Source: an uncultured Eubacterium sp.
GTDB lineage: Bacteria; Bacillota; Clostridia; Lachnospirales; Lachnospiraceae
DNA length: 64,000 nucleotides
Assembly: GCA_910584795.1 (NCBI GenBank)
Contig: CAJUBZ010000009.1
Location: forward strand, 21,396 to 85,395
Reading direction: 5' to 3'
Position numbers and translations under genes: made by a program. This document shows positions 9,161 through 17,522 of this stretch, piece after piece. Below the pieces are notes generated by a model, which ran no database searches, had not been told where the DNA came from, and saw only the letters and a list, made by a program, of their open reading frames with translations. Numbering within the stretch: the stretch's first letter is position 1; each line of letters opens with the position of its first letter.

Positions 9161-10921
9161 CTATCCTAACGTAATGTGTATTTTTTGCAATTTATTCTGC
9201 TCTTTAATGATCTGTTGTAATTCAGCAATATCTGTTGCCGTGGCTGCTTTATAATCAAGACTTTCTTTTTTTATTTTTAAAACCGCATCATTAACAGCCT
9301 TTTCCTGTTCTTCAAGGGTAAGATTTGCCCGAATTGGTGACACAAAAAGCTCCGTCACCTTTCTATGCTCTTCCTCATCTTCAAAATGATTCATAATCTG
9401 AGCAGGATTTGCCTGTCCACCTTCCATCTGTTCCCAGAACAAAACAGCAACCCTGTTATAAAATGGGTCAATAAAATCTTCCGGCGAAATCACTTCCGCC
9501 ACCTTTTTGAACCACTTATCTTTATCAGATAAATATGTCAGAAGTATTCTTTGCGCACTGACAGATGCATCTTCCTTCTTTGCCTTTTTTGAGATACGGG
9601 GTTCTTCGTTAATTTTATCTTCCTTCCCTACATAAGTAAGCCCGGTTTTCCTTACCAGTTTTGCCAGTCCGTCTTTTGGAATATTAAAAGTACTGCACAC
9701 AGATTCCAGATAATTGTCACGTTCAATCTCATCTTTAAAATCCAGTAACATCTCAGCCACTTTCTTATGAAATGCTGTCTTCTCCTGTGGATCGTTTAAT
9801 TTGTATTTCTTCTGTTCTACATCCACCTGAAAGATAAAATAATTCGTCGCATTTTTAATTCTATCCTCATAAGCTTCCCTGCCCATAGATTTAATAAACT
9901 CATCCGGGTCTTTATATGGTCTCATATTCAATATTTTAATCGCAAGACCTGCATCTCTTAAATACGGAATCGCTCTTAGTGCCGCCTTGATACCTGCCTC
10001 ATCACTATCAAATGTCAGTACTACTTCCTTGACATATCGTTTAATTAAAGCAGCATGTCTGGATGTAAATGCTGTACCAAGGGCCGCCACTGCATTATTG
10101 AAGCCTGCCTGATGAAGACTGATAACATCCATATAACCCTCGCAGATCAGCAGATAATCCTTTCTAGAGGCTCTTGCAACATTTAACCCATAGAGATTAC
10201 GGCTTTTATCAAAAACTCTTGTTTCCGGCGAATTTAAATACTTAGGCTTTGCATCTCCCATCACACGCCCCCCAAAAGCTATCACACGGTTATTTGCATC
10301 CATGATTGGAAACATAACACGATTCCAGAATTTGTCTGTTACACCACGCTTTTCATCAAAGGTGAACAAACCTGTTTCCTTTAATTCATTATCATTATAC
10401 CCCTTCTTTTTTAGATACTGATAAAGATTATTACTATACTTATCTGAATATCCCAGTCCGAACTTTACAATTGTTTCATTAGAAAGCTGACGTCCGGACA
10501 GATAATTATAAGCAGCTTTCCCTCGTTCTGACCGTAAAAGATAATGAAAATACTTTGCTGCCTCAGTATTAATTTCTATAATTTTTGTTTTTAAATCCTT
10601 TTCCTGTCTGGCTTCTTTTGAATACTCCATCTTAGGCAGCTGAATTCCTGCTTTGTCTGCCAAAACTTCCATTGCCTCTACAAAAGTATAATTTTCATAT
10701 TTCATTAAGAATGATATAACATTACCACCTTCACCACAGCCAAAGCAATAATACATCTGCTTATGGGGAGACACGGAAAAAGACGGTGATTTTTCATTAT
10801 GAAACGGGCATAGTCCAAAATACGAACTACCTTTTTTCTGTAACTTCACATAATCACCAATTACATCAACGATGTCATTTTCAGTTCTTACCTGTTCGAT
10901 AATATCTTCTGAATAAAACAT
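9161..10921 (-). CDS. dnaG: DNA primase
   Basis: CPFHNEKSPSF CHC2 zinc finger, KYLNSPET, Toprim EGYMDV and DSDEAG. Confidence 0.97.
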   Translation of the reverse strand: MFYSEDIIEQVRTENDIVDVIGDYVKLQKKGSSYFGLCPFHNEKSPSFSVSPHKQMYYCFGCGEGGNVISFLMKYENYTFVEAMEVLADKAGIQLPKMEYSKEARQEKDLKTKIIEINTEAAKYFHYLLRSERGKAAYNYLSGRQLSNETIVKFGLGYSDKYSNNLYQYLKKKGYNDNELKETGLFTFDEKRGVTDKFWNRVMFPIMDANNRVIAFGGRVMGDAKPKYLNSPETRVFDKSRNLYGLNVARASRKDYLLICEGYMDVISLHQAGFNNAVAALGTAFTSRHAALIKRYVKEVVLTFDSDEAGIKAALRAIPYLRDAGLAIKILNMRPYKDPDEFIKSMGREAYEDRIKNATNYFIFQVDVEQKKYKLNDPQEKTAFHKKVAEMLLDFKDEIERDNYLESVCSTFNIPKDGLAKLVRKTGLTYVGKEDKINEEPRISKKAKKEDASVSAQRILLTYLSDKDKWFKKVAEVISPEDFIDPFYNRVAVLFWEQMEGGQANPAQIMNHFEDEEEHRKVTELFVSPIRANLTLEEQEKAVNDAVLKIKKESLDYKAATATDIAELQQIIKEQNKLQKIHITLG

Positions 10922-10986
10922 TTCTCCTCCAACAAATATACTTGTTTATGTATTTTTATAATAGCTATGGTACTGTTTTATATAAA

Positions 10987-11994
10987 CTACATTTTCCATG
11001 ATTTTGGAATAAATAGTTTCTGAAATACAGACACAGAATACTGATCACTCATTCCTGCAATGTAATCACAAACTACCTGTTCTTCTTTCTCCCCACATTC
11101 ATAAATTAAATATTTGAATTCTTCCGGAAGCTGGTCTGTATGTTTTAAGTAATATGCAAATAACTGTTTCAGCATTTCATCTGCTTTCGCCTCTTCCTTC
11201 TTTGCTACCGGATTCGTATATACGCTTTCAAACATATAACTTCGAAGTCCCATCATCGCTTTTTCGATTTCATCTGACATATAGATATCCGGCTGTCCTA
11301 CACTGTTTCTAACAATATCATGAACCAGTGTATCGAGCCGACTCTTCGTACTATTCCCTAATACATCTGTGTATATCTTTGGAATATCTTCCTCACTTAT
11401 TATTTTCCCCCGGATAGCATCATCGATATCATGATTGATATAGGCAATTTTATCAGAAAGTCTTACAATCTTTCCTTCCAATGTAGAAGGATTTCCTGTG
11501 GTTCTGTGATTAACAATTCCATCTCTTACTTCCTTTGTAAGATTCAATCCTCTCCCATAATTTTCCAACACTTCCACTACACGTATACTCTGCTTATAAT
11601 GTTTAAAACCTAAACTGCATACACGGTTCAGTGTTCTCTCCCCTGCATGCCCAAAAGGTGTATGACCTAAATCATGTCCTAATGCAACAGCCTCTGTCAA
11701 ATCCTCATTTAGATTCAATGACTTTGCTATCGTTCTTGCAATCTGAGCCACTTCCAAAGTATGAGTCAATCTGGTCCTGTAATGATCCCCCATTGGTGCC
11801 AGAAATACTTGTGTCTTATGCTTTAGGCGCCTAAACGCCTTACAATGAATAATTCTATCCCTGTCCCTCTGATAGACAGTTCGGATATCACATTGTTCTT
11901 CTTCTCTATCCCTGCCTTTACTTTCACAACTCTTTGCTGCATAAGGACTTAAAATCTTTAATTCTAGTTCTTCATTTTTCTCCCTGATATTCAT
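10987..11994 (-). CDS. dgt: Deoxyguanosinetriphosphate triphosphohydrolase-like protein
   Basis: FRRLKHKTQVF, RTRLTHTLEV, HDLGHTPFGHAGE; start moved to ATG 11994 behind GGAGG. Confidence 0.92.
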   Translation of the reverse strand: MNIREKNEELELKILSPYAAKSCESKGRDREEEQCDIRTVYQRDRDRIIHCKAFRRLKHKTQVFLAPMGDHYRTRLTHTLEVAQIARTIAKSLNLNEDLTEAVALGHDLGHTPFGHAGERTLNRVCSLGFKHYKQSIRVVEVLENYGRGLNLTKEVRDGIVNHRTTGNPSTLEGKIVRLSDKIAYINHDIDDAIRGKIISEEDIPKIYTDVLGNSTKSRLDTLVHDIVRNSVGQPDIYMSDEIEKAMMGLRSYMFESVYTNPVAKKEEAKADEMLKQLFAYYLKHTDQLPEEFKYLIYECGEKEEQVVCDYIAGMSDQYSVSVFQKLFIPKSWKM

Positions 11995-12101
11995 ATCTGC
12001 CCTCCGAAAAATGCATATTGTCATAATTACTGTAATTATACTACAATTTTATAACAAAATGAAGAACAAAAGTTCACTTTGATTTGTCTTTTTATATAAA
12101 G

Positions 12102-12131
12102 AAAAAGCCCTGTGGATTTCCACAAGGCTTT
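12102..12131 (-). terminator. Terminator after the tRNA-Leu pair
   Basis: AAAGCC-TGTGGA / TCCACA-GGCTTT stem with U tract on the minus strand. Confidence 0.65.
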
Positions 12132-12132
12132 A

Positions 12133-12217
12133 TGCAGTTGAAGGGACTTGAACCCTCACCCAAGTAATATGGACATGAACCTGAATCATGCGCGTATGCC
12201 AATTCCGCCACAACTGC
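12133..12217 (-). tRNA. tRNA-Leu(CAG)
   Basis: GCAGTTG/CAACTGC acceptor stem, CATGA-TT CAG GT-TCATG anticodon arm, long variable arm, GGTTCAAGTCC T-arm. Confidence 0.96.
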
Positions 12218-12290
12218 GTAAGTTTTGTGCATGTTGTACTGGCTTCATATAACTTCGACTTGCGAAATCAAAGATTTCGAGTCTCACCTA

Positions 12291-12307
12291 AATTCCGCCA
12301 CAACTGC
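12291..12307 (-). repeat. Exact 17 bp duplicate of the tRNA-Leu(CAG) 5' end
   Basis: AATTCCGCCACAACTGC at 12201-12217 and 12291-12307. Confidence 0.9.
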
Positions 12308-12366
12308 TCATATTATATGCTTTTATGAAAAATGGAAGTCCATTGACTTCCATCTCAAATAGCAAA

Positions 12367-12451
12367 TGCGGAAGATGGGACTTGAACCCACACGAGCGCA
12401 ATGCCCACAAGATCCTTAGTCTTGCTCGTCTGCCAGTTCCGACACTTCCGC
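12367..12451 (-). tRNA. tRNA-Leu(AAG)
   Basis: GCGGAAG/CTTCCGC acceptor stem, CAAGA-CT AAG GA-TCTTG anticodon arm, long variable arm, GGTTCAAGTCC. Confidence 0.95.
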
Positions 12452-12472
12452 ATGCGATTTGACGCAAGAAAA

Positions 12473-12501
12473 ATATTACCATAACTGACAGACAGTGTCA
12501 A
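12473..12501 (-). promoter_or_regulatory. SigA-type promoter of the tRNA-Leu pair
   Basis: TTGACA-17 bp-TAATAT. Confidence 0.7.
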
Positions 12502-12626
12502 TAGTTTATTTATTAATTCTTATGTTATTTCTACTAAATAACAGATACTATTCACATAAATCTCACTTTGTTCGATTTATTGCTCATGCCGTCTGTCGCC
12601 AGATGAATGTGCATAAGCACATTCAT

Positions 12627-12690
12627 TACATAAAAAAAGGGACGAAATGTTTTTCCATGAATGGAAACAACTCGTCCCTTTTTTTATGTA
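12627..12690. terminator. Terminator downstream of rplT
   Basis: TACATAAAAAAAGGGACGA / TCGTCCCTTTTTTTATGTA inverted repeat. Confidence 0.75.
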
Positions 12691-12721
12691 TCGAATGCTT
12701 ACGCATTCGCCTGGCTCGTTA

Positions 12722-13078
12722 CTACGCCAATTTTTCCTTTGCAACATCAACTAATTTTGCAAACCCTTCTGCATCATTTACTGCCATTTCAGCTAACATT
12801 TTTCTGTTCATTTCAACACCAGCTAATTTTAATCCATACATAAATTTGCTATATGAAAGACCATTGATTCTTGCAGCAGCATTGATACGGGCAATCCATA
12901 ACTGTCTGAACTGTCTCTTTCTCTGCTTTCTTCCTGCATATGAACTTGTTAAAGCTCTCATAACTGACTGTTTTGCTACTCTATATTGTTTTGATCTAGC
13001 ACCTCTATAACCTTTAGCCAGTTTTAATACTCTATTATGTTTCTTTCTAGCGTTCATTCCGCCTTTTACTCTTGCCAT
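12722..13078 (-). CDS. rplT: 50S ribosomal protein L20
   Basis: MARVKGG...[11 protein letters not shown]...LWIARINAA. Confidence 0.98.
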   Translation of the reverse strand: MARVKGGMNARKKHNRVLKLAKGYRGARSKQYRVAKQSVMRALTSSYAGRKQRKRQFRQLWIARINAAARINGLSYSKFMYGLKLAGVEMNRKMLAEMAVNDAEGFAKLVDVAKEKLA

Positions 13079-13107
13079 TTCTATATCCTCCTAACTATTC
13101 TAATATA

Positions 13108-13246
13108 TAATTGTTCATCGTCCTAGTTCAAAAATCAAAGATTTTTTCACTGTGGCATTCTCGCCAAATATTTTTCAAAAGACATATTTCCGAATACAAG
13201 TATTCGTCATATGTTTTTTCAAAATCATTTGACTCTGAACAATTAC
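13108..13246. repeat. Structured intergenic repeat element (divergent family member)
   Basis: TAATTGTTCA/TGAACAATTA ends, AAAAATCAAAGATTTTT stem, CTCGCC linker, long stem with CGAATA-CAAG-TATTCG tip. Confidence 0.7.
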
Positions 13247-13440
13247 AAATATGGTAAAATCTTCTTCATATTCTTAACATTTGTAGCATCAGTAGTTGTT
13301 GCTTTTCTAAGATTTCTTTTTCTCTTCGCTGTTTTCTTTGTTAAGATATGTGATTTGTAAGCTTTATTTCTTTTAAGTTTTCCTGTTCCTGTCTTTTTAA
13401 AACGTTTTGCAGCTGCTCTGTTTGTCTTAATTTTTGGCAT
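13243..13440 (-). CDS. rpmI: 50S ribosomal protein L35
   Basis: [21 protein letters not shown]. Confidence 0.98.
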   Translation of the reverse strand: MPKIKTNRAAAKRFKKTGTGKLKRNKAYKSHILTKKTAKRKRNLRKATTTDATNVKNMKKILPYL

Positions 13441-13472
13441 GTTTTTTTCCTCCTTAAATATGTTCTAAAAAC

Positions 13473-13979
13473 TTAACGTTTTTTCTCTAAAAACATTGTC
13501 ATGTTTCTGCCTTCAAGTTTTGCTGCTTTGCTAACCTGAGCAATATCCTCAAGCATTTCTGCAAAGTCATCCAAAACATGTGCGCTACTACCAATATGAG
13601 CCATTTCTCTTCCTCTGAATCGAAGAGTGACCTTAACCTTATCACCTTTTGTGATAAATTTTCTAGCATTGTTGGCCTTTGTTTTTAAATCATTTAACTC
13701 CACATTCGGTGAGAGTCTGATTTCTTTCGTCTCAACAACATGCTGTTTCTTTTTCGCCTCTTTCTCTCTCTTCTGCTGTTCGTATCTGAACTTACCATAG
13801 TCCATAATTTTACAAACAGGAGGCTGTGCCTTTGGAGCAATTTTAATCAAATCAAGTTCTGCTTCATCCGCTAATTTCTGTGCGTCTCTTGCAGACATCA
13901 CTCCTAACTGCTCTCCATTCGTTCCAATTAAACGAACTTCCTTATCTCTGATTTGTCCGTTGATCATTAACTCGCTAAT
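13473..13979 (-). CDS. infC: Translation initiation factor IF-3 with ATT start codon
   Basis: INGQIRDKEVRLI, PPVCKIMDYGKF, FRGRE; in-frame ATT at 13979 behind GGAGGTG (the known infC AUU start). Confidence 0.95.
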   Translation of the reverse strand: MSELMINGQIRDKEVRLIGTNGEQLGVMSARDAQKLADEAELDLIKIAPKAQPPVCKIMDYGKFRYEQQKREKEAKKKQHVVETKEIRLSPNVELNDLKTKANNARKFITKGDKVKVTLRFRGREMAHIGSSAHVLDDFAEMLEDIAQVSKAAKLEGRNMTMFLEKKR

Positions 13980-14032
13980 AGTATTGCACCTCCATTAAAT
14001 CTGTTCCAACTTTTATTTTGATTTTTATATGC

Positions 14033-14156
14033 TGAGAACATCTCGACTACGCTTTGCTTCGTCTCAATTGAGCTAATCGCTCAATATATAAAACTCCAAA
14101 TATAAATTTGTGTGCAAGCACCCTATTTTTATTTTGATTTTTATATGCTGTTCTCA
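14033..14156. repeat. Structured repeat element inside the infC leader
   Basis: TGAGAACA/TGTTCTCA ends, TTGAGC-TAATC-GCTCAA hairpin, stem with GTG-CAAG-CAC tip; similar to 16879-17017. Confidence 0.7.
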
Positions 14157-14164
14157 CTAGTAAC

Positions 14165-14292
14165 AAAAAAAGTGGATAATCTTACAGACTATCCACTAGT
14201 TATAATAATTCCAAATATATTATCTCATTTAGAAAATATAAACCTCGAATCGCTTCGTGCGTCTGGGTGAGAGCGGATACTCTGCTTTATTT
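14165..14292 (-). promoter_or_regulatory. Ribosomal protein L20 leader with attenuator
   Basis: AAGCAGAGTATCCGCTCTCACC core upstream of infC-rpmI-rplT; AGTGGATA/TATCCACT-TTTTTT terminator. Confidence 0.75.
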
Positions 14293-14306
14293 TTTCAACA
14301 TTTGAT

Positions 14307-14335
14307 ATAGTAACATCATATGAAATAATTGTCAA
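14307..14335 (-). promoter_or_regulatory. SigA-type promoter of the infC operon
   Basis: TTGACA-17 bp-TACTAT. Confidence 0.7.
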
Positions 14336-14455
14336 GTTTTTTCCAATAAAATCATATTTACTGATTACTTTTACACTCTATGTACTGGTCAACTATAACA
14401 TGTACCAACATTATTTGCAACAATAATATCAATACACGTTATAGCACCCTATTAA

Positions 14456-14782
14456 CTAACAATTACATTCAAAACTTCCACACTCTGTCTGACTCTGATG
14501 TGTAGCCCCATTACCATCTACAGTAATTTCTTTGGCATGACATTTACAATTATCATTAAATGTACAACGAACCGCATCACATCTTACATCCAATCGTGTT
14601 TCCGGACCACAGTCACAATGTTCTGATTTTGCTGTTACACTATCTTTTTTTTCCTTAAAATCACCACAATATGTTGCGTCCTTAATTGTTGCATCTGTGC
14701 CGCCTACAGAAATACCATCTCTGCAACATTTTGAATTCTTATTATAGTAACAATTTTTAACACTACAATTTAATACTGTCAT
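14456..14782 (-). CDS. DUF1540-type cysteine-rich protein (two repeats)
   Basis: Two C-x4-C-x2-N-x3-C...C-x-x-F repeats; ATG 14782 behind GGAGG. Confidence 0.8.
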   Translation of the reverse strand: MTVLNCSVKNCYYNKNSKCCRDGISVGGTDATIKDATYCGDFKEKKDSVTAKSEHCDCGPETRLDVRCDAVRCTFNDNCKCHAKEITVDGNGATHQSQTECGSFECNC

Positions 14783-14881
14783 AATAAACCTCCACAATAT
14801 TTATTTCGGAATCCCGATACAAATATTGTGGAGTCTTTATTAAAATTTATTCAATTATAAAATTCCATTTTTTAACACTAT

Positions 14882-16846
14882 TTAATGAGTTTCATTATCC
14901 ATTTCTACTGCTCTGATTTCCTTTGTATCAATTTCTTTGCAAATCTGATTAATAAAATCATCTAATGGCTTAACTCCCTCATCACCGGCAAATCGGCTTC
15001 TGACAGAAACTGTTCCATCAGCTTCTTCCTGTTGTCCGACTACAAGCATATATGGAAGTTTATCAAGTCTCGCCTCACGAATCTTATATCCGATTTTTTC
15101 TGAACGGGAATCAACTGTCACATCAACATGTCTTGCCTTCAAAGCTTTTGCAACAGACTGTGCATAATCTTCGTATTTTTCTGATATCGGAAGAATTCTT
15201 ACCTGTTCCGAACATAACCATGTAGGGAACTTACCTGCATACTTTTCAATCAACCATGCAAGTGTTCTTTCATAGCAACCCATAGATGTTCTATGAATAA
15301 TATAAGGACGTACCTTTTCTCCATTTTCATCAATATAATACATATCAAACTGTTCCGCTAAAAGAGCATCCCACTGAATGGTAATCATCGTATCTTCTTT
15401 TCCATATACGTTTCTAGCATTAATGTCCACCTTAGGTCCATAGAAAGCAGCCTCTCCGACATCTTCAGTAAATTCAATATTCAGTTCTGTCAGTATTTCT
15501 CTGATATGCTGTTCTGTTTCTTCCCAAACCTCTGGTTCACCAATATATTTTTCTTTATTTTCCGGATCCCATTTTGAGAGATGATAGGTCACATCTTCTT
15601 CCACTCCTAATGTTTCAAGACAATGCTTCGCAAGAGCAAGACATCCCTTAAACTCTTCTACCATCTGGTCCGGACGTACAATTAAATGCCCCTCTGAAAT
15701 AGTAAACTGACGAACGCGTGTCAGACCGTGCATCTCTCCCGAGTCTTCATTTCTGAACAAGGTAGATGTTTCACTATATCTTAATGGCAAATCTCTGTAA
15801 GATTTCTGGCTTGCCTTATACACATAATACTGGAACGGACATGTCATAGGACGAAGTGCCATAACTTCTTTGTCTTTTTCCTCATCTCCTAATACAAACA
15901 TGCCATCTGTATAATGATCCCAATGTCCGGAAATCTTATACAAATCAGATTTTGCCATTAGCGGTGTTCTTGTCCTTGTATATCCCCATTCATTATCTTC
16001 CAAATCTTCAATCCATCTCTGCATTTTTTGAATCATTTTTGTTCCTTTTGGAAGTAATAAAGGAAGTCCCTGTCCAATTACATCAACTGTTGTGAAAAGC
16101 TCCATTTCACGTCCAAGCTTATTATGGTCTCTATTTTTCTGATCCTCTAACATTTCCAGATATTCATTTAAGGCCTCTTTATTATCAAAAGCTGTACCAT
16201 ATATTCTCTGAAGTCTTGCTTTATCTGAATCACCTCTCCAATATGCCATAGAAGATGAAATTAATTTAAACGCTTTAATAGGTTTTGTATTCATAAGGTG
16301 AGGACCTGCACAAAGGTCTACAAATTCTCCCTGACTATAGAAAGATATAATTGAATCCTCCGGTAAATCCTTAATCAATTCTACCTTATATGGTTCATTT
16401 CTGTCCTCCATATATTTAATGGCATCTTCCCTTGGAAGCGTAAATTTTTCAAGTTTTGCACCTTTTTTAATTATCCTTTTCATTTCCGCTTCAATTTTAT
16501 CCAAATCCTCTCTGGAAAAAGGCTCGCTGTCAAAGTCATAATAAAATCCATCATCAATTGATGGTCCGATTGCCAGCTTTGCCTCTGGAAAAAGATTTTT
16601 TACCGCCTCTGCTAACACATGCGATGCTGTATGACGATAAGCCGCCTTTCCGGCCTCATCTTTAAAAGTCAAAATATTCAAAGTGCAATCTCTATCTATA
16701 GTAGTTCTTAAATCTACAACCTCTCCATCTATTTCTCCTGCACAGGCAGCTCTTCCCAAACCTCCTGCAATATCAAAAGCAACATCACTAACACTCATAG
16801 CTTCTGCATATTCTTTTACTGATCCATCTTTTAATGTAATCTTCAT
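14882..16846 (-). CDS. thrS: Threonine--tRNA ligase
   Basis: TGS domain, HTASHVLA, DLCAGPH, RDHNKLG, LRPMTCP. Confidence 0.97.
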   Translation of the reverse strand: MKITLKDGSVKEYAEAMSVSDVAFDIAGGLGRAACAGEIDGEVVDLRTTIDRDCTLNILTFKDEAGKAAYRHTASHVLAEAVKNLFPEAKLAIGPSIDDGFYYDFDSEPFSREDLDKIEAEMKRIIKKGAKLEKFTLPREDAIKYMEDRNEPYKVELIKDLPEDSIISFYSQGEFVDLCAGPHLMNTKPIKAFKLISSSMAYWRGDSDKARLQRIYGTAFDNKEALNEYLEMLEDQKNRDHNKLGREMELFTTVDVIGQGLPLLLPKGTKMIQKMQRWIEDLEDNEWGYTRTRTPLMAKSDLYKISGHWDHYTDGMFVLGDEEKDKEVMALRPMTCPFQYYVYKASQKSYRDLPLRYSETSTLFRNEDSGEMHGLTRVRQFTISEGHLIVRPDQMVEEFKGCLALAKHCLETLGVEEDVTYHLSKWDPENKEKYIGEPEVWEETEQHIREILTELNIEFTEDVGEAAFYGPKVDINARNVYGKEDTMITIQWDALLAEQFDMYYIDENGEKVRPYIIHRTSMGCYERTLAWLIEKYAGKFPTWLCSEQVRILPISEKYEDYAQSVAKALKARHVDVTVDSRSEKIGYKIREARLDKLPYMLVVGQQEEADGTVSVRSRFAGDEGVKPLDDFINQICKEIDTKEIRAVEMDNETH

Positions 16847-16878
16847 GATTTTTCCTCCTTGTCATTCTTATTTTACTA

Positions 16879-17017
16879 TATTGTTTAGCACAGCTCGACT
16901 CCGTTTCACTACGTCTCGCTTGAGCTGAACGCTCAATAAAATTGAATAAATAATCAGATATATGAAAGCAAGCTTTCACATCTGCTTATTTATTCACTTT
17001 TGCTGTGCTAAACAGTA
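16879..17017. repeat. Structured repeat element between the T-box terminator and the thrS RBS
   Basis: Perfect 13 bp ends TGTTTAGCACAGC/GCTGTGCTAAACA; TTGAGC..GCTCAA hairpin; long stem with TGAAAG-CAAG-CTTTCA tip. Confidence 0.75.
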
Positions 17018-17019
17018 GC

Positions 17020-17250
17020 AAAAAAAGAAGTCCCTGTTTATGTTTCCATAAACAGGGACGTAATATACGCGGTTCCACCCTGATTGCTCCTAAATTCAAG
17101 AGCCTCTCAATTTGATGATAACGGAATCACCGGACTGGATTAGAGTCACTCAGAGGTAGTCTTCAATTACCCTTCTGTAAGATGCTCTCAGCCATGGCCT
17201 CTCTCTCTGTGACCCTCCAGATAATCTACTGTCCTCGTCAACGCTTTATT
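17020..17250 (-). promoter_or_regulatory. T-box riboswitch leader of thrS
   Basis: AGGGTGGAACCGCG T-box (17068-17081), AGTA/GAA loop-E, AGAGA and GCTGAGA stem I motifs, GTCCCTGTTTATG/CATAAACAGGGAC terminator. Confidence 0.93.
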
Positions 17251-17258
17251 GTGTACTA

Positions 17259-17286
17259 ATTATAACATCATACATTTTAATGTCAA
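17259..17286 (-). promoter_or_regulatory. SigA-type promoter of the thrS leader
   Basis: TTGACA-16 bp-TATAAT with TG extension. Confidence 0.75.
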
Positions 17287-17522
17287 TAAAATATTTTTGG
17301 AATTTTTGTATATACCCAACTTCGCCCTAGTAAAACCCCCATTTTTACTAGGACGAACATCTATGAATCAATACCCTTTTTCATTTTAAGTATTTCTTCC
17401 TTAAATTTTTCGGAAACGTTTCCAAGTGAACTAAAAAAAATTAGCCTATACGCTCAAATCGTTATAGACTAATTTTATCACAATTTCCAAAATAAGTAAA
17501 TTATTAAAAATCAATTTTATTT

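Noticed and set aside
12288..13010. ORFs overlapping tRNA-Leu(AAG) and antisense to rplT
   Set aside because: Explained by the tRNA and by the rplT shadow frame.
13977..13979. Non-standard ATT start codon
   Set aside because: The well-known autoregulatory start of infC.
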